Assembly (NCBI GenBank): GCA_951406725.2
Contig: OX597819.1
Location: forward strand, 63,860,001 to 63,924,000
Length of the DNA: 64,000 nucleotides
Source of the DNA: Octopus vulgaris
Lineage: Eukaryota
Direction: 5' to 3'
Positions 1-13,759 of the stretch are shown here, one piece after another (position 1 is the first letter of the stretch; each line of letters starts with the position of its first letter). The notes below the pieces were generated by a model, which was not told the origin of the DNA, did no database searches, and saw only the letters and a program-made list of their open reading frames with translations. Position numbers and translations under genes: made by a program.

Positions 1-334
1 TATGCAGATGTAGATATATATATATATATATAGAACGTAGGCAGTTTTGTGCAATATAAAACCAAAAAGGAATATTCAGTCGTCTGTAATTGAGTCTGAA
101 TTTGCTCAGTAGCAACTCTGTTGTTAGAAATAAGAGTTAATATCCTTAGAACTGCATGGAAGCACAGTCATAGATTCACTGGACTAGCTTAGTGTCGTCT
201 GTAAAATTTTAGATTCTTCAACAGTGACTACTCAGTTGCTGAATGGCTTAGATAAATACTCACTACCAGTAAATATTTTTACAATATGAAATTACGACTG
301 AGGGAAATGCTAGTGTAGAAATTACATATATATA

Positions 335-480
335 TATTTTTTATTTTCTCTCCTTGTTTCTTTCTGCGTTCCTTTCTGTGGAAGAGCGTAGGCTCGAAAC
401 GTAGAAGACTTTCACTTCCTGAACGCTAAACTAATACATCTGTTTGCTGTCTACACCACCTGTCTTGTGAATTCTCCCCA
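335..480 (+). mobile_element. Penelope-like terminal-repeat fragment with variant hammerhead-like motif
   Basis: Lies between (TA)n tracts. 372-407 reads CTTT-CTGTGGA-A-GAGC(GTAG)GCTC-GAA-ACGT-A-GAAG, which is hammerhead topology with a non-consensus core. Confidence 0.5.
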
Positions 481-524
481 ATATATATAAGTATATATGT
501 ATACTTATATATATGCAACACTAC

Positions 525-587
<63 letters not shown>

Positions 588-1823
588 CACAGCAACTAAT
601 TTCATGTTTAATAGATAAATTGAATAAATAAACTTTAAAAAAATATCAATTTAATTAAAATTTTTTATATTACAACCATCGGAATTATACACCCATTTTG
701 GGAGAAAATAACGAATAACTTGAAATATATTTACCATTATTCATCCATAGGTATTCGTAAATTACGCTATTCAAATAGTTTTCAAAATTGTTAGAGAGAA
801 AGAAAAGTCATGGCTTTTCGTTCACCATTCAACATGCAACTAGACTTGCCGTGGACGTGGGCGGCATATTACATATATATATATATACACGCACATAAGA
901 GAGAAGGAAAGAGAGCCACTTTGAGAGAGAGAGAGAGAGTGAGTGAGTGAGAGAGGGCTAAAATCGAAGAACCACTGTGTATAGAGAATCATTTCCTTAG
1001 ATTAAACAGAAATACTACCCTAGAATCTGAGTTAATGAGAATAAGAAGCAACATGAAAGATCGAGAAAACTTCAAAAATATGAAACCTGAAAGTCTTTTG
1101 TGCGGAGGCGTAGTTTTAAAAATTTATTAGTTGTATGAATTTCTACATTTTTAAACTGCAACAGCGACACTGCGAACGACCTCATTGACAGAGAGATTAT
1201 GATATTCGGACAAACCTTTGGGAAGATCACGCTTAAAAAAGTATCGGACAATAACTGAAAGCATTTTTTGCAAAATATGCAGTAGGGTCTTCAATAACCT
1301 GAAATGTCGGTTCCGGCATGTGTTCATCCCCATACAGAATGCAGTAAAGTGAAGCATCCTGAGTAAATAATCTCTCGTAAGAATTCATTGAACTAACACT
1401 TCCTTAGTAAAGCGTCTTTTTATTTTTTTTCGCAATGATCATTTACATTTGCGATGTTCATGAAGCCGTTACATATCTGTATAAATCTACCGCAATCATT
1501 ATATCTGTACATGATGTCTCGTCGGATGCATCGTATCGTACATCCAGCTTAGGATCTGATCATAGATCTGGCTATTTCATAACCACCATTTTGTTTTTCC
1601 AGGAAACTGATTTAAAGTTGTAGTAACGAGTACAATAAACTATATTACATTCAAAATCTGTAATTACCAAGTTAATAGGGAAATTTTCATCAGTAAATAA
1701 ACATGAACTATTTTATTTTGAAGACCTAGCAGACAGACAATAAAGCAAGATCCACATAAGTAGTAGAACCCCTTTAAATAATTCCGATACCAATTCGACT
1801 TCGTATATTTCTGTGTGACTGAC

Positions 1824-2339
1824 CTAGAAGCCGCCTTCGAGTGGCATCCGGGCTGGCTCCTGAGGAGGGTACATTGAGGACTTCAGCCCTGCTACAAGGC
1901 TCTTTCGCAGCCCCCTACCTTTGTGTAAGGAAACTTATATCAGCAAATGTGTTAATCATTGATGCTGATCAATAAGCGTAGGAGCGAGGTAAATGCGGTA
2001 AAAATAGGGGGTTGTCTGCGGGGCCCCATTTAAGCGACCCTTCAGTATTTGAACTTCCTTACATTTCTCCCTGGGAGCTCATGGTATGAAATTCATTAGC
2101 TTTGTTTCGATTCGGTCGCCAATGCCATGTATTTAGTTTACACTGCAGTAAAAATAAGGGGGGGGGAGTCAGTCGCGTCCCAATTAGGCGACACTTAAAA
2201 AAATAGACCCCTTTTAGGACATTCCCATAGATTAGGGGAGTTGCTGGTTTGAGTTTTGTTGTCCCTGCACCAACGGTTTAGGACTTCACGAACATAAAAA
2301 TGTAACGGACAGAGAAACATCACTGAAGTTTATAATAGA
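1824..2339 (-). mobile_element. Non-autonomous Helitron-like element
   Basis: Minus strand starts TCTATTATA (2339) and ends with a GC-rich hairpin (plus GCCGC-CTTCGA-GTGGC) followed by CTAG (1824-1827). No ORF. Confidence 0.5.
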
Positions 2340-2632
2340 AAAATTATTGAGGTGGAACTAGCCTGACGCACTTCGGTTTATCTTAATGGCATATTATTGG
2401 AAATTGATTGATGTAGCGCTGTATGGTGTCTTAAAAGACATTGTTTGTTTAAACTTCCAGATTTAGAACATTCATACAATACAATTAAAATACTCCCATG
2501 TATTACTGTGTAACATTTAAGAATTTAATGCAGTTAGTATTGGTTACTACAAACTGATAAACAAAATATAGTGTCTGGTGTGAAGAGTAGTATTGGGAGG
2601 AGGGGATGATTGGTAATATTAGCAGCAATTGT

Positions 2633-2633
2633 G

Positions 2634-2684
<51 letters not shown>

Positions 2685-2794
2685 ATAGTGGTAGTAGTAA
2701 TAGTAGTAGTAGTAGTAGCAGCAGTAGTAGTGGTTGTGGTGGTGCTGGTGGTGGTGGTGGTGGTGCTGGTGGGGGTGGGGGTAGTGGTGGTGGT
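2633..2794. repeat. (TAG)n/(TGG)n compound microsatellite
   Basis: Seen directly. It explains the poly-S/V/L/Y ORFs at 2503-2888. Confidence 0.95.
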
Positions 2795-3134
2795 ACATCA
2801 ATAACAACGAAGCAGTACCAACTAACATATACATGAAGAAGAAAACTAAAACTGACGGAGGACACGCTTTATTAAACCTGATTTGCATCCTTCAAAGAAT
2901 TAAGTTGTTTAAAAGAAGGAAAGAAAAAACAATATTTCCTGAGTTTGCAACAGAATGGTACAATCTGTAGAGCACATTCGATTTTAGTCGAATCAACCGA
3001 CGTCACTATACAATTTGTATGCTCAACAATTATTCTATCGGCCTTTTTGACGCACAGCTACGCTACGGGGTCGCTATCGCGGAAAAAAAGAAACACAGAA
3101 ACAATTACACATATGCATACATACACTTTCTCTT

Positions 3135-3345
3135 TTACTCTTTAACTTGTTTCAGTCATTTGACTGCGGCCTTGCTGAATCACCACATTTAGTCGAGCAA
3201 ATCGACAGCAGAACTTATTCTTTGGAAGCCTAGTACTTACTCTGTCGGTCTCTTTGCTGAAACGCTAAGTTACAGAGACGTAAACACACCAGCATCGGTT
3301 GTCAATCGATGTTGGGGAGGAAAAACACAGATACACAAACACACA
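3135..3345 (-). mobile_element. SINE family B, 3' part
   Basis: Reverse complement matches the tail of the full copy at 51144-51559 (gatgctggtgtgtttacgtc...cagtcaaatgactgaaacaag). Confidence 0.85.
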
Positions 3346-3454
3346 CACACACACATATATATATTATATATATATAAATACTTATATATATGAATACTTA
3401 TATATATATATATATATATATATGTGTAAATATAATATGTGACAATTATTCGGT

Positions 3455-3526
3455 AGCCAAAACAAAACTCTGAGTTTCGGATGCCGAGGTAGAAATCCAT
3501 ACCACCATCTCTTCAGTTATCCGGCC
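3455..3526 (-). ncRNA. Type I hammerhead ribozyme motif, near-intact, in a Penelope-like fragment (~3425-3650)
   Basis: Minus strand: GGCCGGATAA-CTGAAGA-GATG...CATCC-GAAA-CTCAGAG-T-T-TTGTTTTGGCT. Stems I, II and III can form; stem I is G-U rich and stem II has a 1-nt bulge. Confidence 0.65.
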
Positions 3527-3692
3527 ATCGGAAAAACGCTATGAAAAAATACCGTTATACAAAGGGAAATTACTGTGTTATTGACCGCTATTTAGACAAA
3601 AGCGCTATTCGAATGACCGCTAATTAAGGTAAGGGGGTAAAAAGTTCATAATATACGCGTAAGCGCACCTTTTCATACGTACACATGTGGTA

Positions 3693-3792
3693 ACGTACGC
3701 ATACAATCATCGTATACGTACAATCATGTATACGTACGCATACTATCATGTATACGTACGCGTACAATCATGTATACGTACGCATACAATCA
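3693..3792. repeat. ~20-bp minisatellite (TACGTACGCATACAATCATG)
   Basis: About five imperfect tandem copies seen directly. Confidence 0.8.
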
Positions 3793-4004
3793 TCCACCCT
3801 CACTAGAAAAACGTACACATCTTCACTTGCATCTTTCACCAAATGTATATGCATATACATACAAACCGACACACACACACGCACCGTAAAAGTTCATACA
3901 TACGTCTACATACGCACAAGCACAAGAAAAAAACAGGGTTAAAGGTAACAATACAGAAAAAAGGCATAATGAATTATGCCTTTTTTTTCATGTGCTTGTG
4001 CATA

Positions 4005-4287
4005 TGTCGGCCTGAGGCTATAGTAGAATGCACTTGCCCAAGGTGCCACGCAGTGTGACTGAACCTAGATCCATGTGGTCGGTAAGGAAGCTACTTACCA
4101 CACATCCACTCCTGCGCCTATGCATATATAAACGTCGGGCATCTTTCAGTATCCCTCTACCAAATCCGCTCACAAGCATTTGTTGGATTCGAGGGTGTAG
4201 TAGAAGACACTTACCCAACGTGCCACGCAATAGGACTGAATCAGGAACCATGTGGTTGGGAAAAAAGCCTCGTACCATACAGCCACG
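4005..4287 (-). mobile_element. Two adjacent SINE family B heads
   Basis: Reverse complements of ggcgcaggagtgg..tggtaagtagctt..gcaccttgggcaagtg at ~4005-4118 and ~4133-4287. Confidence 0.85.
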
Positions 4288-5860
4288 TCTGAACCTAGAG
4301 AATGTAAAATCCTGAACACTCAACATTCCTTTTGTACAATGGAACAGAATAAGATACTCTAAGAATGCAAAACTAGAAATACCGGAAGTGTATACACGAT
4401 GATACACAGTACCAGACAATTCCAATACATCTGAATATGAAAAACAGGATTTTTTAAAACCTAGACGTTTCTAACGTCAGAATATAGAATATTCATTGTA
4501 AAATATTATAGATGGTTGTAAACAGCAATCACTGGTGGCCCGATTAATTTTTGAAGATAAAAAAAGGGCAAAAATATGTGTCAGCTGTGAAGTAAGAAAT
4601 GAAATATTACTTAAAAGTGAGTAAAGTAAATTACCTTGAGATACTGAACTGTAGACTTCGAACAGAAGAACCCATACAAGTGTCATATGAAAGTGATAAG
4701 ATATAAATCAGAGATATGAAAAATTTGAAATTAGTACTGCAAGATAATTAGACTAACATGAACAAAAATGTGGAAATACCACGAGTGTACATACACCCAC
4801 TCATACATTTAAACACACGCACATATGTATATATGTATATGTAGATAGATACATACGCAGATAGATATAGTTGTGCGTGTGAGTCCGTGTATTGTACGCA
4901 TTCTGGATAAAGCGGGCTGGAAATGGGAAAAAAACTCCCCGAAGAAACAAATAAAGAACATAAAAAAATGGTACAGCAGATTATATTATAAAATAACTTT
5001 GATAAAAAAAATGCAGAGAAACCCCAACGGAAATAATTTAGAGATAATTTTCGAGAAATGAACTTAGCGTGAACGCAAAATTTGGATCTGTGTGTTTGCT
5101 GCTGTACGAGGTGAATTTCTTGATATAAATAAAATGCTGAAATAAAAGGCGGCGATGCACTCAGCATAAAAGAAAAGTATAAGAGATCATTTCTGTCCTT
5201 CAAAGATCAAAACGTATAGCCACGTTCTGCTCAAAATAGTAGTAGATCTGATGCGCCATGTTGAATATTAGTCGGCGTGCAACAGAAACTTAATAGCGTG
5301 TATCATCCCCGCAGTATTACAACGGCTAAGTAACAATAATATTAGACGCTCTTATATAGAACGGTAAAGAGATCAACAGTAGATTACTAGATTACACTTA
5401 TAAAATTTACACAGACAGTATTATGTAGCTATCTATTTTGCCAGTCTTGTTCTCTTATAATTAAGCATCCAACTCGGGTGGTTGAGATCGTGGAGGATCC
5501 ATGACATACATATATCGGAGAATGGCTATGCCTATCTACTATACTATACAAATAAACATAGAAAGACTTGACAGATATGGCGGAACAGGCAAGAGAAACA
5601 AGAAAAATAACACAGCTATGGTTTTTTATCTAGGAGAATATTCAAAGCCAATCTGTCAATTGAACACCCCAGATCACACGGTACATACAGTGCATAACTA
5701 TCCTCCTGTAATAATAAAGATTGTCGTTTCATTTATACGTCCTCAGTTCAATTCATGCATACAATGGACATGTTAGAATGTCTTTGAAAAGGATCTTGTT
5801 TAAGTTATTGACAGGTGTAAGTTATTTTATTAAAAGCAAGATAGGTTCAGACAATATGCT

Positions 5861-6081
5861 GGTTTCAAATATTGGAGAAATGCCAGCAAGTTTGTAAAAG
5901 CGGGTGAGTTGGATATATTGACCCCAGTGCTTGACTGATAACTTACTTTATAACCTCAAGAGAATGAAAGGTAAAGTTGACTTGGACGAATTTGAACTCA
6001 GAATGTAAAGATGGACTGACGTATCACCGCTTGGCATTTCCCCCCAACTTGCTACTAACAATTCTGCCAGCGCGCTGCCTT
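5861..6081 (-). mobile_element. SINE family A, diverged
   Basis: Homologous to 25100-25330 (gaatgaaaggtaaagttgac..gaatttgaactcagaa..ctgccagcgcgctgcctt). Confidence 0.8.
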
Positions 6082-7397
6082 CATATTATATTTTGAAACG
6101 GGCCAAAATTCATTAAAGTGCTAATCCCGTATGGCGTACAGGTTAGCTAGAGACACCGATTATGAAGTATCTAAGCTGCAAATTTTCTACGTGTACAAGA
6201 ATTGTATTGTTTTTTTGGCTACCCAGGCAAGTATTAAACAATTGCCTGTAATGTATTTTGAATTCTTTTGAATATGGTCCGAATGCTGTGACGTACGTGA
6301 CGTCGCACAAACTTATACTCTCCTGCAAGTATTTTCTACTAATTCCACTGAATTTCTCCAATCAGCATTAAAAGCTTCATTCACTTCGAAGTTTTTAAAA
6401 AATACTAATGATTTTGCTGGACGAGTGTATCTGTGGTCCCAATTCTCGCTATCTTGTGCAACGTGTGTGACAACAGGATATGAATTGTGTGAACAAATGT
6501 TAAGAAAAGAAAACGATGTGCAGAATCTTTACAACTTTTGCCTATCTTGATATCTGGTTGAAAATAAACCATTTCAACATAACTGTTTAGGGATATAGTG
6601 ATTTTTTTTTAGCATATTAAAAGCAAAATTAGATCTTACTTTAGTTAAAGTTTTTGAGAATAGCCATAAATTTATGTTTATTAATTTTTACAGAAATATT
6701 ATTTGAAAACAGAAACGATATAACATGAGCTCGCAAAATATTTAAAAAATCATTTTGGTCTATAAGAACTTGTCGCGAGGCAAAGATATGATGTATTTTA
6801 CAATTTTACTTGGTTTTGCCTCCAACACTGGTTTCTAATTTACTGAGTGACGAGCCAAATTAGTAACTCTGTAGGCTGCACGAATTATCCAAACTAACCT
6901 TGTTATATTTTGTGATGTATTAGCTTATTTTTGGTCCGTGATGGAGTTTCCCTCGTAAATATGATCGTTTGTCTTCCTGTATATTTTTATAATTGTCATC
7001 GTATGCATTATTTATATTTATAATAGAATCCGTTGGTTTTAATAACAATTATTTTTTCTTTGAAACACTTATTTCGTTTACAGCGAGTGTTTTCAGAAAA
7101 TTTAAAATTTTGAAAATTTCGGTAGGCTTCCATCTGTGCTACAGACGTTCGTGCTATTAAGCATCGCCGCTATGCAAACAAAGAACAATCTATCATATAA
7201 TGTATTTGGATAATGAAAATGATAATAAGAATGTTAGTAGTGACACAGTTTTAAATGAGGACAGAACATTTAATATGAAAGCCGAGACAAAAATTTAAAA
7301 AGTCCCTTGCTTGGAAATATTTGCAAATAAAATAAAAGCCAATAATGTGGAAACAATGCAAGGCAATGCATAGCACATCCCATATTAACAGATGAAT

Positions 7398-7399
7398 AC

Positions 7400-7444
<45 letters not shown>

Positions 7445-7545
7445 AATGATGACAATGACGACGGTGATGATTATGATGATGACGATGATGGTATGGTAAC
7501 GATGATGACTATGACAATAATGAGGACAGCGACGACGACGATGAT
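7398..7545. repeat. (GAT)n microsatellite with degenerate tail
   Basis: Seen directly. Confidence 0.9.
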
Positions 7546-7642
7546 AAGTAGAAGTATGAAAACGGGAAGTAGCTGAGAATGCAACAGGAGAAAAAAGACG
7601 AAGAATGCATTGATCACAAGAGCTAAGTATTATTAAATATAG

Positions 7643-8490
7643 TACAGATTATTCAATAGTAAGCGGAAATGTTCACTGTGGGACAAACCAGTTGTAGTTC
7701 AGGCTTTCGCCGCTAGAAGCCACTTGGTGAAGCCCCCAGGCATCAGTCTGGTGACCGGCTTTGTCGAGTGGGGTCCTACCACCCAGTGGTTCGTCTCTGT
7801 TTTGCAGTGCTTCTCCCCTGTTCGTAGAGTTTTGCAATAGCTTAAACGAAAGAACAGTGTGCTTCCGTGAAATTCGGTTTTGTGCTGGAGAAAACGTCAG
7901 CCGAAACAATTGTCATCCTTCAAACAGTTTACAAGGAAGCTGCCATGAGTTTACAAGTCGTTTTCACGCTTTGAGAATGATCATTTCTCGTTGGAGGACC
8001 AGCCTCGTTCAGAGCGACCGCCGACCTCCCGAACATTATGAATATTCATGAACAGATTTTGGAGGAGCGTTACCGAAAAATTGACGACCTTTTTGATATT
8101 ACTGGTGTGTCTTGGAGCTCCTAACAATGAAGTTTGATCGAGAAAATGCGAATGAAAAGAGTTGCAGCAAAATGTGTGCCTCGCTTGCTCACGGAAGATC
8201 AAAAGCAGGCACGCCTGAATGCATATTGTGAACAGAAAGAAGAATTGGAAGATGATCCGGAACTTTTTTCGGGGGTCATCACTGGTGACGAAAGCTGGTG
8301 TTACGGAATTTGCACATGTGGAAGAGGCGAAGAAACAATGATGGAGGCGTTAAACGGCATCACTTCGCAAGAGTTCCAGCACTGTGTCGAATAGTCGAAA
8401 ATTTTGAAAGCGATAACAGTGTAAAGATGTAAAACTAAGTGAATAAATTAATATTGCAAAATTTCGGTTTGTTTCGGATACCCTCTAGTA
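7643..8490 (+). mobile_element. Decayed, internally deleted mariner transposon
   Basis: ORF 8134-8394 contains AAKCVPRLLT (WVPxxL motif) and VITGDESWCY (first catalytic Asp). Degenerate TA-flanked TIR-like ends. Confidence 0.85.
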
Positions 8491-8789
8491 TACATAGGGG
8501 TAATAATTTAACGCGAAATTTGTAAAGCGGGTTGAAACATTGTATCCTATCAAGAGATATCTTCCAACGAGGAGACGGGTATAAGTCACCAATGGCTAAA
8601 CAGAATAAGTCGGAAAAACTATATTAAGCGTATCATTTGTTCACAAGAATAAGCAGTATTTTCATTAATCCAAGTGAAATTTACGTATTCAACAAGATTT
8701 CTGCTGTAGAATTCCGCGTAGATTGGCATTCAAGAATAATAATTATAACAGCAGCAACAATTGTAATGATAATATTCCCTCCAATTATA

Positions 8790-8995
8790 AGCATAAGTCC
8801 TGAAATAGGGTCGATGGGGGTTATACAATTGCATCGACTCCAGTGATCAACTGGTACTTATTTTATCGACCTGGAAAGGATGAAAGGCAAAGTCGACCTC
8901 AGCAGAATTAGAACTCAGAATGGCGGAATTTGAACTTGGACGGAATGCCGCTTAGGATTTAGCCCAGCGCGGTAACAGATGTACCACCTGACCAC
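8790..8995 (-). mobile_element. SINE family A, diverged
   Basis: actggtacttattttatcgacc..aggatgaaaggcaaagtcgacctc matches family A. Confidence 0.8.
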
Positions 8996-9346
8996 ATTTA
9001 TATAGTAATAGTAATATCAAAAGGCATTCCCATAATAATGGCAATTTTCTTGTCTTGGACACATAGCCTATGTCTTGCCATATACATGTCATTGCTGGAA
9101 ATACTGGCGCGGCTACTGCTATTGCCACCCCAGCCACTGTGGTTACCTTTTGCGAACGTGGTTGTTGTCACTGTGCTTGTTGTTAATGTTACCCTCTTGT
9201 TGGACTTTGAATCCTGATTAATGGGACTTTCTCGCCTTGTTTCATGTATAGACTGCTATCGTCACCAGCATTGGTAATGATGGGGATGGTCTTACTGATG
9301 TTGTTGTTCTGTAGTAACACCTCTATTCAGGGAGATAAGTAACATT

Positions 9347-9952
9347 TATGTCTTTATTCGCCATAGGGGGCGAAACATAGAGAGAACAAACAAGGACAGA
9401 CAAAGGGATTAAGTCGATTACATCGACTCCAGTGCATAACTGATACTTATTTAATCGACCCCGCAAGGATGAAAGGCGGAATTTGAACTCAGTACGTAAC
9501 GGCAGACAAAATAATTATTTATTTACTACAAGGAGCTAAACACCACAAGTACTACAAGGGGCTAAACACAGAGTGGACAAACAAAGACAGACAAACGGTT
9601 TAAATTGATTATATCAGCCCTAGTGCGTAACTGGTACTTATTTAATCAACCCAGAAAGAATGATAGGCAAAGTCGACCTCGGCGGAATTTGAACTCAGAA
9701 CGTAGCGGCAGACGAAATACCTATTTCTTTACTACCCACAAGGGGCTAAACACAGAGATGACAACCAACGACAGACAAACGGATTAAGTCGAATATATCG
9801 ACCCCAGTGTGTAACTGGTACTTATTTAATCGACTCCGAAAGGATGAAAAGCAAAGTCGACCTCGGCGGAATTTGAACTCAGAACGTGACGGCAGACGAA
9901 ATAGAGCTACGCATTTCGCCCGGCGTGCTAACGATTCTACCAGTTCGCCACC
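9347..9952 (-). mobile_element. SINE family A head-to-tail trimer
   Basis: Three consecutive ~190-230 bp units. Only the unit ending at 9952 has the complete tRNA-like head. Confidence 0.9.
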
Positions 9953-10109
9953 GAGGTCAGTAATATGTTAATGAGATGAAGTAAGTTTGTTACATTGAGC
10001 CTAGTGCTCAACTAGGGTAAAAAAACAAGGCCATGCACAGTAGTATTTGAACTTGTCTCGTAAAAGGCCGGACTTAATATTGTGATACAGTATAATATAA
10101 TTGTGGGGA

Positions 10110-10268
10110 AAGAGTACAGCAGAGCCGCCACCAAACCTGATGCGGGAGCCTCGTGGAGCTTTAGGTGTTTTCGCTGAATGAACACTTAAACCACTCGCTC
10201 TGGGAATCGAAACCACGATCCTGCGACCGCGAGTCCGCAGCTCTAACCACTGGGCCATTGCGCCTCTA
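10110..10268 (-). mobile_element. SINE family C tRNA-like head and core
   Basis: Minus strand ggcgcaatggcccagtggttagag...ggtttcgattccc has A/B-box-like motifs. Homologous to 42455-42755 and 55700-55988. Confidence 0.8.
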
Positions 10269-10696
10269 CGCCCGCTAAATGTTACTATCATGTTTAAGAA
10301 GGATATTATCAGTAATTAATGAAAAGAAAAATGACTTCATACAATTATGTATGAGGCATAAAGAGAAAAAATATACGCGTTAGGCAGCAGTAATCAGTAT
10401 ACAATATTTGGGAATTATTCTTCCAAATATCCGGAGAAGATAAAAAGCAAATAAAAAGAGAAAAAAAAAACAAAAACAAACAAGCAACTCAATATGATAC
10501 AAGGCTTACATTCAGACAATATTTCTAAATTCTGATTGGGCAAAGGAATTATCAAACGCAAGATAATTCACGTATCTGTGTCCTTGCGTTTCCGTTTGTT
10601 TCCTCGTATGCGTCTGTGAGTGTTTGCGTGCATGCTTTGGTGTCTTATATGAAGTTGAAGAACTGGAAACTCGCTCACAGAATCAAGTCTGAATAG

Positions 10697-10753
<57 letters not shown>

Positions 10754-11072
10754 ATGTATATACGCACGCATTATATGTTCTACACCTCTACTTTAACTAT
10801 ATTCATATGTATATATATATATAGAGAGAGCGAGAGTATAATTGAGATACGTCGCGTAGACATCATTAAGACACCATATAATTCAACAAAAGTAGTTATA
10901 CCAATATTTCCCAGACATCTATAGATTTTGTACAACTTCTGTAAATAAATGCGTAAAAATGGCATAGAAGACAAATAAAAGCAAATACGAATTGATAATA
11001 CTCGAAATGTTATCAGCTGAAAAATATATTGTTTATTTGTTGCATTTTATCTTATAAATGTGTTCACACATT

Positions 11073-11118
<46 letters not shown>

Positions 11119-11217
11119 TGTGTATATACACATATAAATATATGCATGTATTAATATATTTATATATGCGCATTCACAAATATATGTACACAAGCAGGCA
11201 CACACAAACGCACACAA

Positions 11218-11260
<43 letters not shown>

Positions 11261-11700
11261 TACACACATATATATATATATACATACATATTGCTGAAAA
11301 TTTAATTAGAAAATTCGTTTCATTATATTAGGATGTATTTAGTCGAATTTTTACGCTCTTCCAGTTATTTCTATTATAATCAGCATTGTCGAGGTGGTGT
11401 TGCTTGTTATTTGTTACAGTTGTCTTTTATATTTTGTTTATTTTTTTAGCCATTTCTACGTTTTGTAGGTTTGAGCATCTGTGCGATTCTATATGTGTGC
11501 TTTTGAGTGTGTATGCTTGATTACGTATTTTGTTAGAGTGCCTCTGTGCGCTTTTCGTGTAGTTTTTAAAAAATATTTTTATTCTTTGTGACGATATTAT
11601 TTTTTGTATTTTTGCTTTCTTTCCCAACAATTCTTTTACAAGTTTTAAATTAGTAATGACTTATTAATATTCAAATTCCATGGAAATGGAAATACGTTCA

Positions 11701-11741
<41 letters not shown>

Positions 11742-11991
11742 ACAAGCAAGCGAGCGCATGTGCGTGTATATTCCATTTGAACGTGTCATTGTATGTCTCA
11801 GTTCCGCCACATATATGTGTATGTGTGTCTATATTTTCGTTGTTGTTCCCTCATCCTTCTTTATACTGTACAACATTTTCTCTGTCTGGCATTGTGTATA
11901 TACGCATGAGAATGTCTGCATACGTGTTCATTTTGAAGTAAATATATGAATAAACATATATATATACACACATATATATATATATATATAC

Positions 11992-12053
<62 letters not shown>

Positions 12054-13759
12054 TCATATACATAAATACAAATATTAAATATACATAACATAGTTGTAAT
12101 GTAATATTGCCTATAAATGAATAAAAAGAAGAATTCTCATGTAAAATTTATAAATTTTCATATACATTCTACTCATAAATTTATATACAAATGTGTGTCT
12201 CTGCTCTTATGTCTATAACCTAACCCTACTCTCTATGAAGCGACTTGTCTCTAATCTCTCTCATAAGTATGTCCGAATGATTGCCTTCGTCTATGTTTGC
12301 GTATGTGGGGATATTGTTTCGTTTTGTGCAAACACACCTTCTCAACTTTATGTACATACAGGCATGTATACTTAAAGATACACAGATACTTACATAGAAC
12401 CATACATGCACATGTGCAGACGTTATCCAAAAGTTGCTAAAATACATGTTCTGAGATTTAACTATTTCGTTGAATTTGCGTGTGATTTTGTTAAACATTG
12501 GGTGCCAGAGAGTTGACTGAGCCTTCATGCTGGTTTTTGTTCTTTTCCATTAGGTATTCAAGGTAATAGTAGCAGTGATTTAGAACGATTTTGTGAATTT
12601 TTGGTCACATTTTTTAGTAGTACGCACATTTCTAGGCCGGTCTTGAATCCGTTGAAAATTATTTCGGTTGAACGACAGTAAAACGCTAGAAATATGAAAC
12701 GAGATACGCAAAAACGTTTGAGCATACAATGTCATTTTCCCACCAATACGAAATAGTACTTGATAAGCAGCCAATCAGGTTCGTACCACGATTTCTCAGT
12801 TCAGCAGACCTAACCCGATGTAACTTCACCATTTTCCCTAACCCGCTGTAACTTCACAAATGAGATTGAAAGTGAAGTTTCGTCGTCTAATGGATGCTAT
12901 TGCGTTACAGGGCGTCCACTATAAAAACCGTTTTGTACGTACCCAAACGAACTATTCTTAACGTGTCGATGTCTGAATAGCAAAAAGATAGGGAATACAT
13001 GATTTGCTGTAGTACTTTCCAAGGAATTACATAGAAATCTTTAGATACACATTCGTAGTTACAGACGTAGTCATCTGCCGCACAAACAGTTGCGTTGGTA
13101 GCGAAAATATAGATCAGAGGTTGCAAATGAGGATATTGTCTCCTATTATTTACTACTGCATATTTGTTTTGCTTTAAATCTGTTCCTTTCTATGTGACAA
13201 TTGTTGAAAGTCTGCCTATCGGAGTACAGGCGATTCCACTGCTTAGAATTTGCCGTTGCCTACGAGTTTATTTGAGATATTCCAGAGACTTAAACATGCT
13301 ATCAGCATCAGGAATGGGTCCACACGCATCGCCACTATGATGGAATTAAAGTTCGGGAACAAATAAAAAACATTGAACTACAAGCTGAGCACCAAGTTTC
13401 AGGATACTTGCCAGTTACTCATTAAAACAAACCCATAGTAGTCTACTATATCATTGTATTAAGTATAATTGCATGAAAGGGCATCGAAACCTAATAGAAA
13501 TAGCCATTTTCAATATACATCACATATATGTGATGTCAGTTTGATATAAATTATACTGGCACAGATATGTCGCTAATCAGTTATATGTCAGATTTACGCA
13601 CAGAAAGAAAAGCTCCGTAAGGTTTCGTTCGATAAAAAATTGTTGAGTTGGGTTCGTTTGTAGCATTCAACTGCTTATCAAACCATCAATTTAGCTCCGG
13701 CTAACTGTGTAAGAGTGGAAAACAACTTGCGGTCAAGATTTGCACAGGGTATCTTTCCA

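Noticed and set aside
2606-2836. Ser/Gly-rich ORF resembling a low-complexity protein
   Set aside because: It is entirely (TAG)n/(TGG)n repeat, with no domain or splice support.
5712-5752. Minus-strand CTGAGGA..GAAAC motif
   Set aside because: Stems II and III are mismatched. It may be a decayed Penelope end but is not supportable as a ribozyme.
6143-6361. ORF with GISRKYLQE resembling a Merlin/IS1595 transposase C-terminus
   Set aside because: No upstream catalytic motifs or TIRs could be found, and the match is too short.
10195-10268. tRNA-like sequence
   Set aside because: The acceptor stem does not close and it continues into a repeat shared with 42455-42755 and 55700-55988, so it is a SINE head rather than a tRNA gene.
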